Shown here one piece after another: positions 10,250-18,418 of a DNA stretch of 64,000 bases. The notes under the pieces were generated by a model. That model was not told where the DNA came from and searched no databases. It was given only the letters and a program-made list of their open reading frames with translations. The position numbers were made by a program, and so were the translations under genes. The stretch is from Candidatus Multivorans sp. Its GTDB lineage: Bacteria; Acidobacteriota; Thermoanaerobaculia; Multivoradales; Multivoraceae. The stretch is from positions 3,808,001 through 3,872,000 of the forward strand of contig OZ245033.1 in the NCBI GenBank assembly GCA_965224025.1, read 5' to 3'. Each line of letters begins with the position of its first letter. The stretch's first letter is position 1.

Positions 10250-10289
10250 GTTCCTCTGGTTACAGAAGGGTTCCTCTAGTTACAGAAAG
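10250..10289 (-). repeat. Tandem 20-bp duplication containing the RBS
   Basis: GTTCCTCTGGTTACAGAAGG / GTTCCTCTAGTTACAGAAAG (18/20); each copy reads AGAGGA on the minus strand. Confidence 0.8.
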
Positions 10290-10320
10290 GCCGGCGCATC
10301 CCAGAACTGGATGGCCGGCC
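10282..10320 (-). terminator. Putative attenuator terminator upstream of homocitrate synthase
   Basis: Minus strand GGCCGGC-CATCCAGTTCTGGGATG-C-GCCGGCC followed by TTTCTGT. Confidence 0.6.
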
Positions 10321-10344
10321 GGAAGGTCTTTCGATGAAAGGACT

Positions 10345-10437
10345 CTAGGGGTCGGGCGCCCAGTCCTGAAGCAGGGGCTTCGCGCCCGGCTTGTCGAGCC
10401 GCTTGAGCAGAGACGAGGTGTATGTCGAGTGGATCAT
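10345..10437 (-). CDS. Putative lysine leader peptide (30 aa)
   Basis: MIHSTYTSSLLKRLDKPGAKPLLQDWAPDP*, three AAG codons, directly upstream of the hairpin and the lysine-pathway operon. Too short for the ORF track. Confidence 0.5.
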   Translation of the reverse strand: MIHSTYTSSLLKRLDKPGAKPLLQDWAPDP

Positions 10438-10698
10438 GTCGCGGTTGTCGCGCCGCACCGAATCCCCGCCCGCAGACGAGTCAGAAGGAGGGTGAGAGCG
10501 GATTGTGCGCGCTCAGGCTCCGCCATGTCAAGCCGCGCGGCGGGGTCTGGACATGCGACAGAGCTTTCGGAACAACTCCTGAAGTTCCTTGAAGGCCTGA
10601 CACGCCGTCGTCACGTGGGTATCGGCGTCAGCGCCGAGACCGCCGCCCCCGGACAGCCTCGGGGGCTCGCCGTTCGGATCGCACTGGATCGAAGAGGC

Positions 10699-10734
10699 TT
10701 GACAGGCCAGATCGATCTGGCCAGAATGGCCAGA
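10699..10734 (+). promoter_or_regulatory. Sigma70-type promoter with palindromic operator for the TA operon
   Basis: TTGACA (10699-10704), 17 bp, CAGAAT (10722-10727); perfect palindrome GGCCAGATCGATCTGGCC at 10705-10722. Confidence 0.7.
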
Positions 10735-11033
10735 TGAAGCGAGCCAGTGTGAGCGAAGCGAAGGACGGATTCAGTGCGCTGCTGAAGGAGGTCCGTCGCG
10801 GCGAGAGCGTGCTGATCACGCACCGCGGCGAGCCCGTGGCCCGGCTGGAGCCTTGCCGGCTGGACGACCTGGGGTTGAGCGAGGCTGCCAAAGCGCTGGT
10901 ACGGCGCGGAGTCGTGACGCCTCCCCGCAAGCGGCTCGATGTGGAGGGCTTTCTGGCCAAGCCGCTCCCCAAGCTGAAGGATGGTCTCAGCGCAAGCGAG
11001 ATCGTCGTGGCCGAACGCAGAGGAAGCCGCTGA
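10734..11033 (+). CDS. Phd/YefM family antitoxin
   Basis: SVSEAKDGFSALLKEVRRGESVLITHRGEPVARL. Confidence 0.85.
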   Translation: MKRASVSEAKDGFSALLKEVRRGESVLITHRGEPVARLEPCRLDDLGLSEAAKALVRRGVVTPPRKRLDVEGFLAKPLPKLKDGLSASEIVVAERRGSR

Positions 11034-11446
11034 AGTACTGGGACTCCTCCGCGCTGGTCTCGTTGCTGGTCAGCGAACCGAGGTCGGGAGAGCGCCAGGC
11101 GATCTTCGACCGGGACCATGAAATTGTCACCTGGTGGGGTTCGGTCGTCGAATGCACGTCCGCCCTGAACCGCATTGACCGGGAAGGCCGCCTTGAGGAA
11201 GGGTTGGTCAGACCCATGGAGCAACTGCGCCGGTTGGCGGAGGACTGGCTGGAAGTCGCTCCCACCAAGGCCGTACGACAACGGGCGACCCTTCTGCTTC
11301 GGCTCCACCCGCTACGCGCCGCCGACGCCTTCCAACTGGGCTCGGCGTTGACCGCGACGGCGGATCATCCGGATGTCATCGACGTCGTCTGCAGCGACGA
11401 GAGGCTCTCGGCGGCCGCACGCCTCGAGGGCTTCCGGGTTCTGTAA
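11030..11446 (+). CDS. VapC (PIN domain) toxin
   Basis: KYWDSSALV, E.TSAL, LRAADAFQLGSA, SDERL..AARLEG. Apparent CTG start overlapping the antitoxin TGA. Confidence 0.8.
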   Translation: MKYWDSSALVSLLVSEPRSGERQAIFDRDHEIVTWWGSVVECTSALNRIDREGRLEEGLVRPMEQLRRLAEDWLEVAPTKAVRQRATLLLRLHPLRAADAFQLGSALTATADHPDVIDVVCSDERLSAAARLEGFRVL

Positions 11447-11453
11447 CGCCTTC

Positions 11454-11942
11454 ATGACCGACCCGCAGCCCATCTGGACCGGCACGGTCCTGCCCGAGTG
11501 GATCGACCACAACGGCCACATGAACGCCGGCTACTACCTGGTCGTGTTCGACGACGCGACCGGCCCCTGGACCGCGTTCCTGGGTATCGATCAGACCTAC
11601 CGCCGGAAGGACCGGCGCTCCACCTTCTCGATCGACAGTCACCTCACCTGGCTGCGGGAGTTGCCCGAGGGCGCGCCGATCATCGTTGAAGCGGAACTGC
11701 TCGGCTTCGACCACAAGAAGTACCACACCTTCATGCGCATGCTTCACGCCGACGAGGGCTACGTCGCCGCGACCCACGAACTGCTGAGCATCCACATCGA
11801 TCTGGACACACGGCGCAGTACGCCGTTTCCGCCCGAGATCCACGCGCGGATGAACGAGGTTCTGCAGGTTCAGCGCAAGATCGCCAGTACCAGGGACGTT
11901 GGCCGGGTAATCCGCACAAGACCCTGGCCGCCGGGCGCCTGA
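11454..11942 (+). CDS. Hot-dog fold thioesterase family protein
   Basis: EWIDHNGHMNAGYY..VFD motif. Confidence 0.8.
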   Translation: MTDPQPIWTGTVLPEWIDHNGHMNAGYYLVVFDDATGPWTAFLGIDQTYRRKDRRSTFSIDSHLTWLRELPEGAPIIVEAELLGFDHKKYHTFMRMLHADEGYVAATHELLSIHIDLDTRRSTPFPPEIHARMNEVLQVQRKIASTRDVGRVIRTRPWPPGA

Positions 11943-11987
11943 TTCGCACCCAGCCTTCCAGGCAACGCTCCGGTACCATTCCCCGCC

Positions 11988-13094
11988 ATGAGCACCAAGA
12001 ACGACTCCAGCGACTCCGACGCAGCCATGACCCGCCGTACCCTCATCGCCGGTTCGGCCGTAGGCGCCGCCGCGCTCGCCGCGAAGCCGGGCAAGGCAGC
12101 CGCCGCCAAGCAAGAGACCACGGCCTGGCCGGATCCCAGCTACATCCGCACCAATGGCGGCCTCAGAATGGCGGTGTACGAAGCCGGAAACGAGGGCGTG
12201 CCCGTCGTCTTGAGCCACGGCTTCCCCGAACTCGCCTACTCCTGGCGTCACCAGTTGCCGGCGGTGTCGGCTGCAGGCTTCCGCGTTCTGGCGCCCGATC
12301 AGCGGGGCTACGGCCACACGCAACGGCCCCTGACGATCGAGGCCTACAACATCGCCGAACTGTGCGCCGACCTGGTTGGGCTCCTCGACGCCCGGGGCAT
12401 CGACAAGGCGGTCTTCGTCGGCCACGACTGGGGCGGCGGCGTGGTCTGGGCCATGCCTCGGCTGCACTCCGACCGCGTCCTCGGCGTCGTCGGCGTGAAC
12501 ACCCCCACGGGGCCGCAGCCGCCACAGCCGCCGATCGAGATGCTCCGCCGCATGCGGGGCGAGGACAACTACGTCGTCGCTTTCCAGGAACCGTACAGGG
12601 CGGAAGCAGTGCTCGATGCGGACACCGAGAAGACCTTCCGCACCTTCATGCGCCGCGGAACCTGGGATGCCGAGGCCTTTAGCAAACTCCCCGCCGACGC
12701 GCCGGAGCGGAAGTTCCAACTACTGGAGATCATCAAACACGGAACGGCAGCCGACTTGCGCGGCGAGCTTCTGCTCACCGACGAGGAGTTGGCCCACTTC
12801 GTCTCCGTCTACGAACGAACCGGCTTCACAGGCGGCGTCAACTGGTACCGGAACATCGACCGCAACTGGAAGCTGATGAAGGACAAAGGCGAGCGGATCG
12901 AGCAGCCCTGCCTCTACATCGGCGCCGAGAACGACGTCGTCCTGCCTCCCTCCTCCGCCGACGGCATCGAGGCGCTGGCGCCGAACATCGACAAGCACAC
13001 GATCAAGGACTGCGGCCACTGGACCCAGCAGGAAAAGCCCGAGGAGTTCAACCGCGTACTGATCGATTGGCTGACTGCGACGTTCAGCGCGTAG
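11988..13094 (+). CDS. Epoxide hydrolase-type alpha/beta hydrolase with Tat-like signal
   Basis: HGFPE, PDQRGYG, GHDWGG, NWYRN, CGHWTQQE; N-terminal TRRTLI followed by a hydrophobic stretch. Confidence 0.85.
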   Translation: MSTKNDSSDSDAAMTRRTLIAGSAVGAAALAAKPGKAAAAKQETTAWPDPSYIRTNGGLRMAVYEAGNEGVPVVLSHGFPELAYSWRHQLPAVSAAGFRVLAPDQRGYGHTQRPLTIEAYNIAELCADLVGLLDARGIDKAVFVGHDWGGGVVWAMPRLHSDRVLGVVGVNTPTGPQPPQPPIEMLRRMRGEDNYVVAFQEPYRAEAVLDADTEKTFRTFMRRGTWDAEAFSKLPADAPERKFQLLEIIKHGTAADLRGELLLTDEELAHFVSVYERTGFTGGVNWYRNIDRNWKLMKDKGERIEQPCLYIGAENDVVLPPSSADGIEALAPNIDKHTIKDCGHWTQQEKPEEFNRVLIDWLTATFSA

Positions 13095-13096
13095 GG

Positions 13097-13711
13097 GTGC
13101 CGCCGCCGGGAGTCGATCTCGCCACGATCCGCCGCCGGCTGGCGGCGCACGACGCCCTCATCCGCCCGCCGGCCGAGTTCGAGGCCAGTGTCGCGATGGT
13201 TCTCCGCCCATCGGCGGCGGGCCCGGAGGCGCTGTTCATCGAGCGGGCCCGCAAGCCGTCCGACCCCTGGTCGGGGCAGATGGCGTTTCCCGGCGGCCGG
13301 CATGACGAGACCGACTGCGATCTCCGGCACACCGCGGAACGCGAGGCCGCGGAGGAAGTTGGTCTTTCAATCGAGGGCGCCCACTTGATCGGTCGCCTCG
13401 ACGATCAGACGGGGCAGCGTGCAGGCCAGGGAAGGCAGCTCCGGATCGCGGCCTTCGTCTACGAGGTCGACGCGGGCGCGGGCAACGACCTGGTCCTGAA
13501 CTACGAAGTCGCCGAAGCGTTCTGGGTGCCCCTGGCCTGGTTCGAGGATCCCTCCCGGGTCATCGACTACCGGCATCCGCCCTATCCCGAAGTGAGCTTC
13601 CCCGGCGTCGTCGTCGGTGAACCCGAGCGGCACATCGTCTGGGGCCTGACGTTCCGCTTCCTTGCCGCCTTCTTCGAGATCGTCGGCCATCGCTTCGCCG
13701 CGGGCAGCTAG
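13097..13711 (+). CDS. Nudix hydrolase, CoA pyrophosphatase-like
   Basis: WSGQMAFPGG...TAEREAAEEVG Nudix box; VWGLT motif. Confidence 0.85.
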   Translation: MPPPGVDLATIRRRLAAHDALIRPPAEFEASVAMVLRPSAAGPEALFIERARKPSDPWSGQMAFPGGRHDETDCDLRHTAEREAAEEVGLSIEGAHLIGRLDDQTGQRAGQGRQLRIAAFVYEVDAGAGNDLVLNYEVAEAFWVPLAWFEDPSRVIDYRHPPYPEVSFPGVVVGEPERHIVWGLTFRFLAAFFEIVGHRFAAGS

Positions 13712-13718
13712 TCCGCGC

Positions 13719-14528
13719 TCACTCGACGATCTCCACGTACTCACGCTTCGACCAGCCCCTCTGGCCGTCGGGCAGTTCGACCCGGATCCACTCCGGTCGC
13801 TGTTCGATGACCCGTACTTCGGTGCCGGCATGGAGGCGGAAGCGGACAACCGAACCCTCGCCGGCGGCAGCGTGGAGATTGATCTCCTGCGGCAGGACAA
13901 CGGCGATGGCGGGGTCGAAGGCCCCGTGGGCCACGAGCGAGCCGCCCAGGGCGAGCCCAACCGCCAGCAGACAGACCGCGGACCACCGGAGCACCTCGGA
14001 AGCCGGCCGGTAGAGCCGCAGGGCAAGCACGATCCAGAAACCGAGGCCGACCAGCACCACGCTCCTCACAACTTCATTCGGCGCCAGACTGTAGTGCCAG
14101 AACAGCAGGGTCCGGACCAGCACTGGCGGCGCCGGCGGCGCGATCTCATCGCGGGCGCTGCGGCGAGCGAAGGCCAGATTCGCGTAGGCGTCCTCGTCGC
14201 GCGGCAACAACCGCAGGGAGCGGCGGTAGGAGGCGATGGACCGTCCCAGTTGGCCGGCGCGGAGGTAGGCGTTCCCCAGGTTGTAGTGCACGTGGCCGTT
14301 GTCGACCCCCATCTCCTGCATTTCGCGGTAGAGAGCAACTGCTCGCTCGAAGTCGCCCGCCTCATAGGCGGCGTTGCCGTTCACCCAGAACTCGGCCGGT
14401 TCCGGTGCGGCTGGCGCCTCCTCCGCCGACTGGGCTTCGGTGACGACGGGCAGCTCCTCCTGCCGGCCGAACGAGGATCCCGCCGCGAACACTCCGGCCA
14501 CGAGGAGAATCGCGAAAGCCCGTCTCAT
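13719..14528 (-). CDS. batE: BatE-like TPR/SH3 protein
   Basis: Signal peptide, TPR (YNLGNAY), TM helices, C-terminal SH3-like LHAGTEV...GW; last gene of the bat cluster. Confidence 0.75.
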   Translation of the reverse strand: MRRAFAILLVAGVFAAGSSFGRQEELPVVTEAQSAEEAPAAPEPAEFWVNGNAAYEAGDFERAVALYREMQEMGVDNGHVHYNLGNAYLRAGQLGRSIASYRRSLRLLPRDEDAYANLAFARRSARDEIAPPAPPVLVRTLLFWHYSLAPNEVVRSVVLVGLGFWIVLALRLYRPASEVLRWSAVCLLAVGLALGGSLVAHGAFDPAIAVVLPQEINLHAAAGEGSVVRFRLHAGTEVRVIEQRPEWIRVELPDGQRGWSKREYVEIVE

Positions 14529-16372
14529 GGCCTGCGCCCCCGGAGTTGCCGGTCGAGGGTTCGGATCAACTCGCTCAGACCGTCCGTCTCGGTCTCGACA
14601 GCGGCGGACCCGACCGCGACCGACGCCATGCCGTACTGAGCGCCCTCGAATCGTTCGAGCTGTTCACGGCAACTCCTGGCCGCGTTCGAGTCCACACCAG
14701 CCTGCACCAGCGCGGTCTCGGCCTCGGACGGCGTCAGTGCCGCTCCCTCGATGCCCAGCTTGTCCCCCACGTAGCGACGCAGCACGCCGGATGCCTCCGC
14801 AGCGAAAGCAAACCCCGTGCCGCGACCGAGGTTCCGAGCCGCGGACAGCGCCTGACGCAAGGCCCGCTGGCGCCGGCGAAGCGTTCGGTCGGCGGCGTAG
14901 CGACGCTCCCGCCGGTGCTGGGCAAGCAGGGCCAGGTACAGGAGAGCCGGCAGCAGGCCGCCGGCGAGCCAGACCCACAACCGCCAGCCCCGAGGCATCG
15001 CCGAAGTGATGCCGGCGGCCGTTCGACGAATCGGCAGAATGTCGTCGGCAAGGATCCGCACCGCCACCTTGCCCGTGGTCGGCGCCAGGGACTCGGTGAG
15101 CATCAGCTCCTCCTCACCCTCGGCCGGGGTGACATCCAGGTCGATGCGGTCCGTCGAGCGGGTCGCGTACTCGCCAAGCTCGGGATCGAAGTAGACGAGA
15201 TCGATCGGTGGAATGTCGCGGGGTCCAGCGACCAGCGGAACCAGAGCCCGCCGGAAGACCTTGCGTGCGGTCAGTCGGCGGCCGCTGCGGTCGATGCTCG
15301 AGTCGGGTTGGTCCGCGTAGATCTTGAACGCCGGCAGTTCCGGGAATCCGGGCTCGGCGAGCAACTGCACGTTGCCGGCGCCGGCGACCTGTACCTCAAG
15401 GGTGGCCGACTGACCCACCTGCAACTGGCGCCTGCTCAGCGACGCACGGATGTCGAACTCCCCCACCAGACCGTTCCAACCGTCGGGCGCCGGCGGCAGC
15501 GGCCGCACGTCGAGAGTCAACGGCTCCGAAAGCAGGTACTTCGTCGCCCAGCGCCCTCCCCCGCCAAGCAGGCTGTCGAATTCGTCGAAGATGCCGCGCC
15601 TCCGGCTCGGCCCGCGCGTCTGTTCGGCCTGCACGTCCACACGAAGCTGGGTCGGCGGCAGTACGATCTCTCCGGCGCGCTGCGGGAAGAGCGCCTTGCG
15701 CACCTCGTTCACCGAGTACTCGACGCCCTCGATCACGGTCGCGAACTGCCGCACCTCCCCGAGATCCTCGGCCACAACGTCACCGCCGAAGTCCATCGAC
15801 TCGATCGACCCCTGGCCGACCCGCACGCTGCTGTAGAAGCGCCACGTATAGATCACCTGCTGCCCCCGCCATGGCTGGTCGGTGGAGACGGAAGCAGTAA
15901 CGAAGAGTTCCCGGTTCTGCTCATCACCGTCTTCCTCCGCAGCGGTGACTTCGACCGTGAATGGCTGGCTCCTGACCTCCACGCCGTTGACCAGCGCGAC
16001 CGCCGATCCGACCTCGAACGTGCCGGCCCGTACCGGGATCAGCAGGTAGTTGTACGAGGTGCTGTTGCTCACCCGGCCGTTCGTGATCTGGGTCTGTCGC
16101 TGTTGACCACGCGACACGACCCGGAAGTCCGGCAGTTCGGGCAGCCTCGGCGGCTCGTCGGGCGAGCCGTTGAGCCTGATCGTCAGATAGATCTGGGTCC
16201 CGAGAGCGACCTGGTTGCGGTCCACCGTGACCTGCATCGCCCCCGGTTCCTGTGCTCCGACCGCCGTTGCCCCCGGGATGGCCAAGAGCGACGTGCACAG
16301 GACCGCAGACCAGGCGAGAGCGACAGAGCGGCTCCCGGCCGGCCGACGGAACGCTCGTCTCCTGCCATCCAT
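14525..16372 (-). CDS. batD: BatD family protein
   Basis: Signal peptide, Ig-like repeats (VDRNQV, KALFPQRAG, VGEFDI, YFDP), C-terminal TM; synteny. Start codon uncertain. Confidence 0.8.
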   Translation of the reverse strand: MDGRRRAFRRPAGSRSVALAWSAVLCTSLLAIPGATAVGAQEPGAMQVTVDRNQVALGTQIYLTIRLNGSPDEPPRLPELPDFRVVSRGQQRQTQITNGRVSNSTSYNYLLIPVRAGTFEVGSAVALVNGVEVRSQPFTVEVTAAEEDGDEQNRELFVTASVSTDQPWRGQQVIYTWRFYSSVRVGQGSIESMDFGGDVVAEDLGEVRQFATVIEGVEYSVNEVRKALFPQRAGEIVLPPTQLRVDVQAEQTRGPSRRRGIFDEFDSLLGGGGRWATKYLLSEPLTLDVRPLPPAPDGWNGLVGEFDIRASLSRRQLQVGQSATLEVQVAGAGNVQLLAEPGFPELPAFKIYADQPDSSIDRSGRRLTARKVFRRALVPLVAGPRDIPPIDLVYFDPELGEYATRSTDRIDLDVTPAEGEEELMLTESLAPTTGKVAVRILADDILPIRRTAAGITSAMPRGWRLWVWLAGGLLPALLYLALLAQHRRERRYAADRTLRRRQRALRQALSAARNLGRGTGFAFAAEASGVLRRYVGDKLGIEGAALTPSEAETALVQAGVDSNAARSCREQLERFEGAQYGMASVAVGSAAVETETDGLSELIRTLDRQLRGRRP

Positions 16373-16376
16373 CGAC

Positions 16377-17273
16377 CTACCAGTCCTTCGCCTGACGGCT
16401 GCTACGTCCGCGCTGACCACGCCGATTCGGGTCGAGGCGTCCCTCCTCCAATGCCTGCAGGTGGCGCTCGGCCTCCTCCGGCGTCATGCCCGGCGACGGT
16501 TCCTGGGGCCCGCCCTGAATGCCGGGGTCCGAGCCATCCTCCTCGGGCGGCGAATCCGCCTCGTCGGGGATGCCGTCACCGTCGCTGTCCCGCGGCGCTT
16601 GGTCCTCCGACTGGTCCTGGCCCTGGGCGCCATGGTCCTGCTGCTGATCGTCCGGCTGCTCGCCTTCGCCCTGGTCGGAATCCTCCGATTGCTGCTCGGC
16701 GCCCTCCTGGCTCTGCTGTTCCTGGTCCTGCTGCTCCTGGTCCTGACCGTCTTGGTTCTGCTGCTGCTGTTGCTGCTTCTTCAGTTCCTCACGCACGAAC
16801 TCCAGATTGAACTTGGTGTCCAGGTCGTCCGGATTCGCCTCCAGAGAGGCCATGTAGAAGTCGATCGCTTCTCCCGGCTTGCCCTGACGGTAGGCGCTGT
16901 TGCCGAGGTTGTAGAGCGACTGGGCCCGCAACTCGTCGCCGCCGGTCGCCGCGGCACGGTAGAACTGGGCGTCCGCGGACTCGAAGTCGTTCAACTTGTA
17001 GTGCGCTGCGCCGACGTTGAGGCTCAGTTCCGGGTCGTCGGGCTGCCTGGTCTGCCGGTCCACGAAGCCGTCGAGGGCCTGGGCGTAGGCGCCGGCGTCG
17101 AACGCATCGTAGGGCGAGGAGAACTCGACCGGCGGCGTTTCGGGCGACGCCTGCGGCTGAAGCGGTTGCGGCGTCCCACTGTCCGGCGGCTGTGCGCCCG
17201 CGGTGAGCGGAAACAACAGCCCCCACGCCAGGAGAACGAGCGGCTCCACGCGCGCTTCACGCGGCGGCCGCAT
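16377..17273 (-). CDS. batC: BatC-like TPR protein with Gln/acidic tail
   Basis: TPRs (YNLGNSAY), Q-rich linker, EEAERHLQALEE...KDW C-terminus; AAGGAGG RBS upstream. Confidence 0.8.
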   Translation of the reverse strand: MRPPREARVEPLVLLAWGLLFPLTAGAQPPDSGTPQPLQPQASPETPPVEFSSPYDAFDAGAYAQALDGFVDRQTRQPDDPELSLNVGAAHYKLNDFESADAQFYRAAATGGDELRAQSLYNLGNSAYRQGKPGEAIDFYMASLEANPDDLDTKFNLEFVREELKKQQQQQQNQDGQDQEQQDQEQQSQEGAEQQSEDSDQGEGEQPDDQQQDHGAQGQDQSEDQAPRDSDGDGIPDEADSPPEEDGSDPGIQGGPQEPSPGMTPEEAERHLQALEEGRLDPNRRGQRGRSSRQAKDW

Positions 17274-18408
17274 GGTCGCCTCCTTCAAGCGTCACGTCGC
17301 GCCGACGCAGCCGGTCGCTGATCAGCGGTTCCAGCATCAGCGCGACCAGGGCGACGACCAGCAGCCACTGGAAGCGCTCCTGCCAGCGCTGGCGACGGCT
17401 GGAACCGAGTTCCTGGTCTTCGAGCTGTGCCTTGATGCCCTGGGCGTAGATCTGCTCCAGGTCCACATCGCCGGTCACCGAACGGACGTAGAGGCCGCCG
17501 GTGGTCAGGGCGATCCGCTGCAGTGCCGCCTCGTCCAGCCGGCTCAGGATGATCTCGCCCCGACGGTCGGTGCGGAAACCGCCGCCCGCCCTGGGGATGG
17601 GCGCGCCCTCGTCGCGCCCGATGCCGATCGCGAACACCCGCACGCCGGCCGCGGCGGCGGCCTCGGCGACTTCCTGCGCCTCGCCCAGATGATCTTCGCC
17701 GTCGGTGATCAGGATCACGGCACGCGACTGCCGCGATCCGACCGCGGCGACACGGTCGAACGCATCGAGCGACACCCGCAGCGCCTCACCGATCGCGGTG
17801 CCCTTGGTTGGAATCAGATCCGGCGCCATGGCGTCCAGAAAGAGAGTGGTCGCCGAGTAGTCGAGCGTCAGCGGCAGCTCGAGGAACGCCGCGCCGGCAA
17901 AGGCCACCAGGGCGATGCGATCGCCCTCCAGGCGCTGGAGCAGGTCGGCGATCTCGCGCTTGGCGCGCTCGAGGCGACTGAGTTCGCCCCCCGCCTCCGC
18001 GTCGCGCACCAGCATCGAGTCCGAGACATCGAGAGCGACCACGATGTCGACGCCTTCGCGGTGAACCTCCTCCCAGACGAAGCCCCAGCGGGGCTGGGCG
18101 AGAGACGCCACCAGGGCGAGCAGTGCCACCAGCACGAGAAACGCCTTCAGACGACGCCGGGGCCTACTGACTCCGGCGACCAGGACGGGCAGCATCTGGC
18201 GCGAGGCAAAGCGGCCGAGCAACCGGGCCCGGGTGCGGAAGGCGTAAACGTAGAAGAGCAGCATGCCCGGCCCCAGCCACAGCAGCCAGAGCGCGTCCGG
18301 GCGTCCCGTGCGGACTTCGCAACCGAGCACGAGGAACGCGACCGGCACAAGCGCCAGCAGCGTTTGCCCCCGGTGCTCACCGCGGCGCCGGGACGATCCT
18401 TGTCTCAT
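17257..18408 (-). CDS. batB: BatB-like VWA domain protein
   Basis: MIDAS DVSDSM, LPLTLDY, LITDGED. Confidence 0.8.
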   Translation of the reverse strand: MRQGSSRRRGEHRGQTLLALVPVAFLVLGCEVRTGRPDALWLLWLGPGMLLFYVYAFRTRARLLGRFASRQMLPVLVAGVSRPRRRLKAFLVLVALLALVASLAQPRWGFVWEEVHREGVDIVVALDVSDSMLVRDAEAGGELSRLERAKREIADLLQRLEGDRIALVAFAGAAFLELPLTLDYSATTLFLDAMAPDLIPTKGTAIGEALRVSLDAFDRVAAVGSRQSRAVILITDGEDHLGEAQEVAEAAAAAGVRVFAIGIGRDEGAPIPRAGGGFRTDRRGEIILSRLDEAALQRIALTTGGLYVRSVTGDVDLEQIYAQGIKAQLEDQELGSSRRQRWQERFQWLLVVALVALMLEPLISDRLRRRDVTLEGGDHAAAA

Positions 18409-18418
18409 CGGAACCGCC

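Noticed and set aside
10245-10560. Lysine riboswitch upstream of homocitrate synthase
   Set aside because: No L-box consensus recognised; a leader peptide plus terminator fits better.
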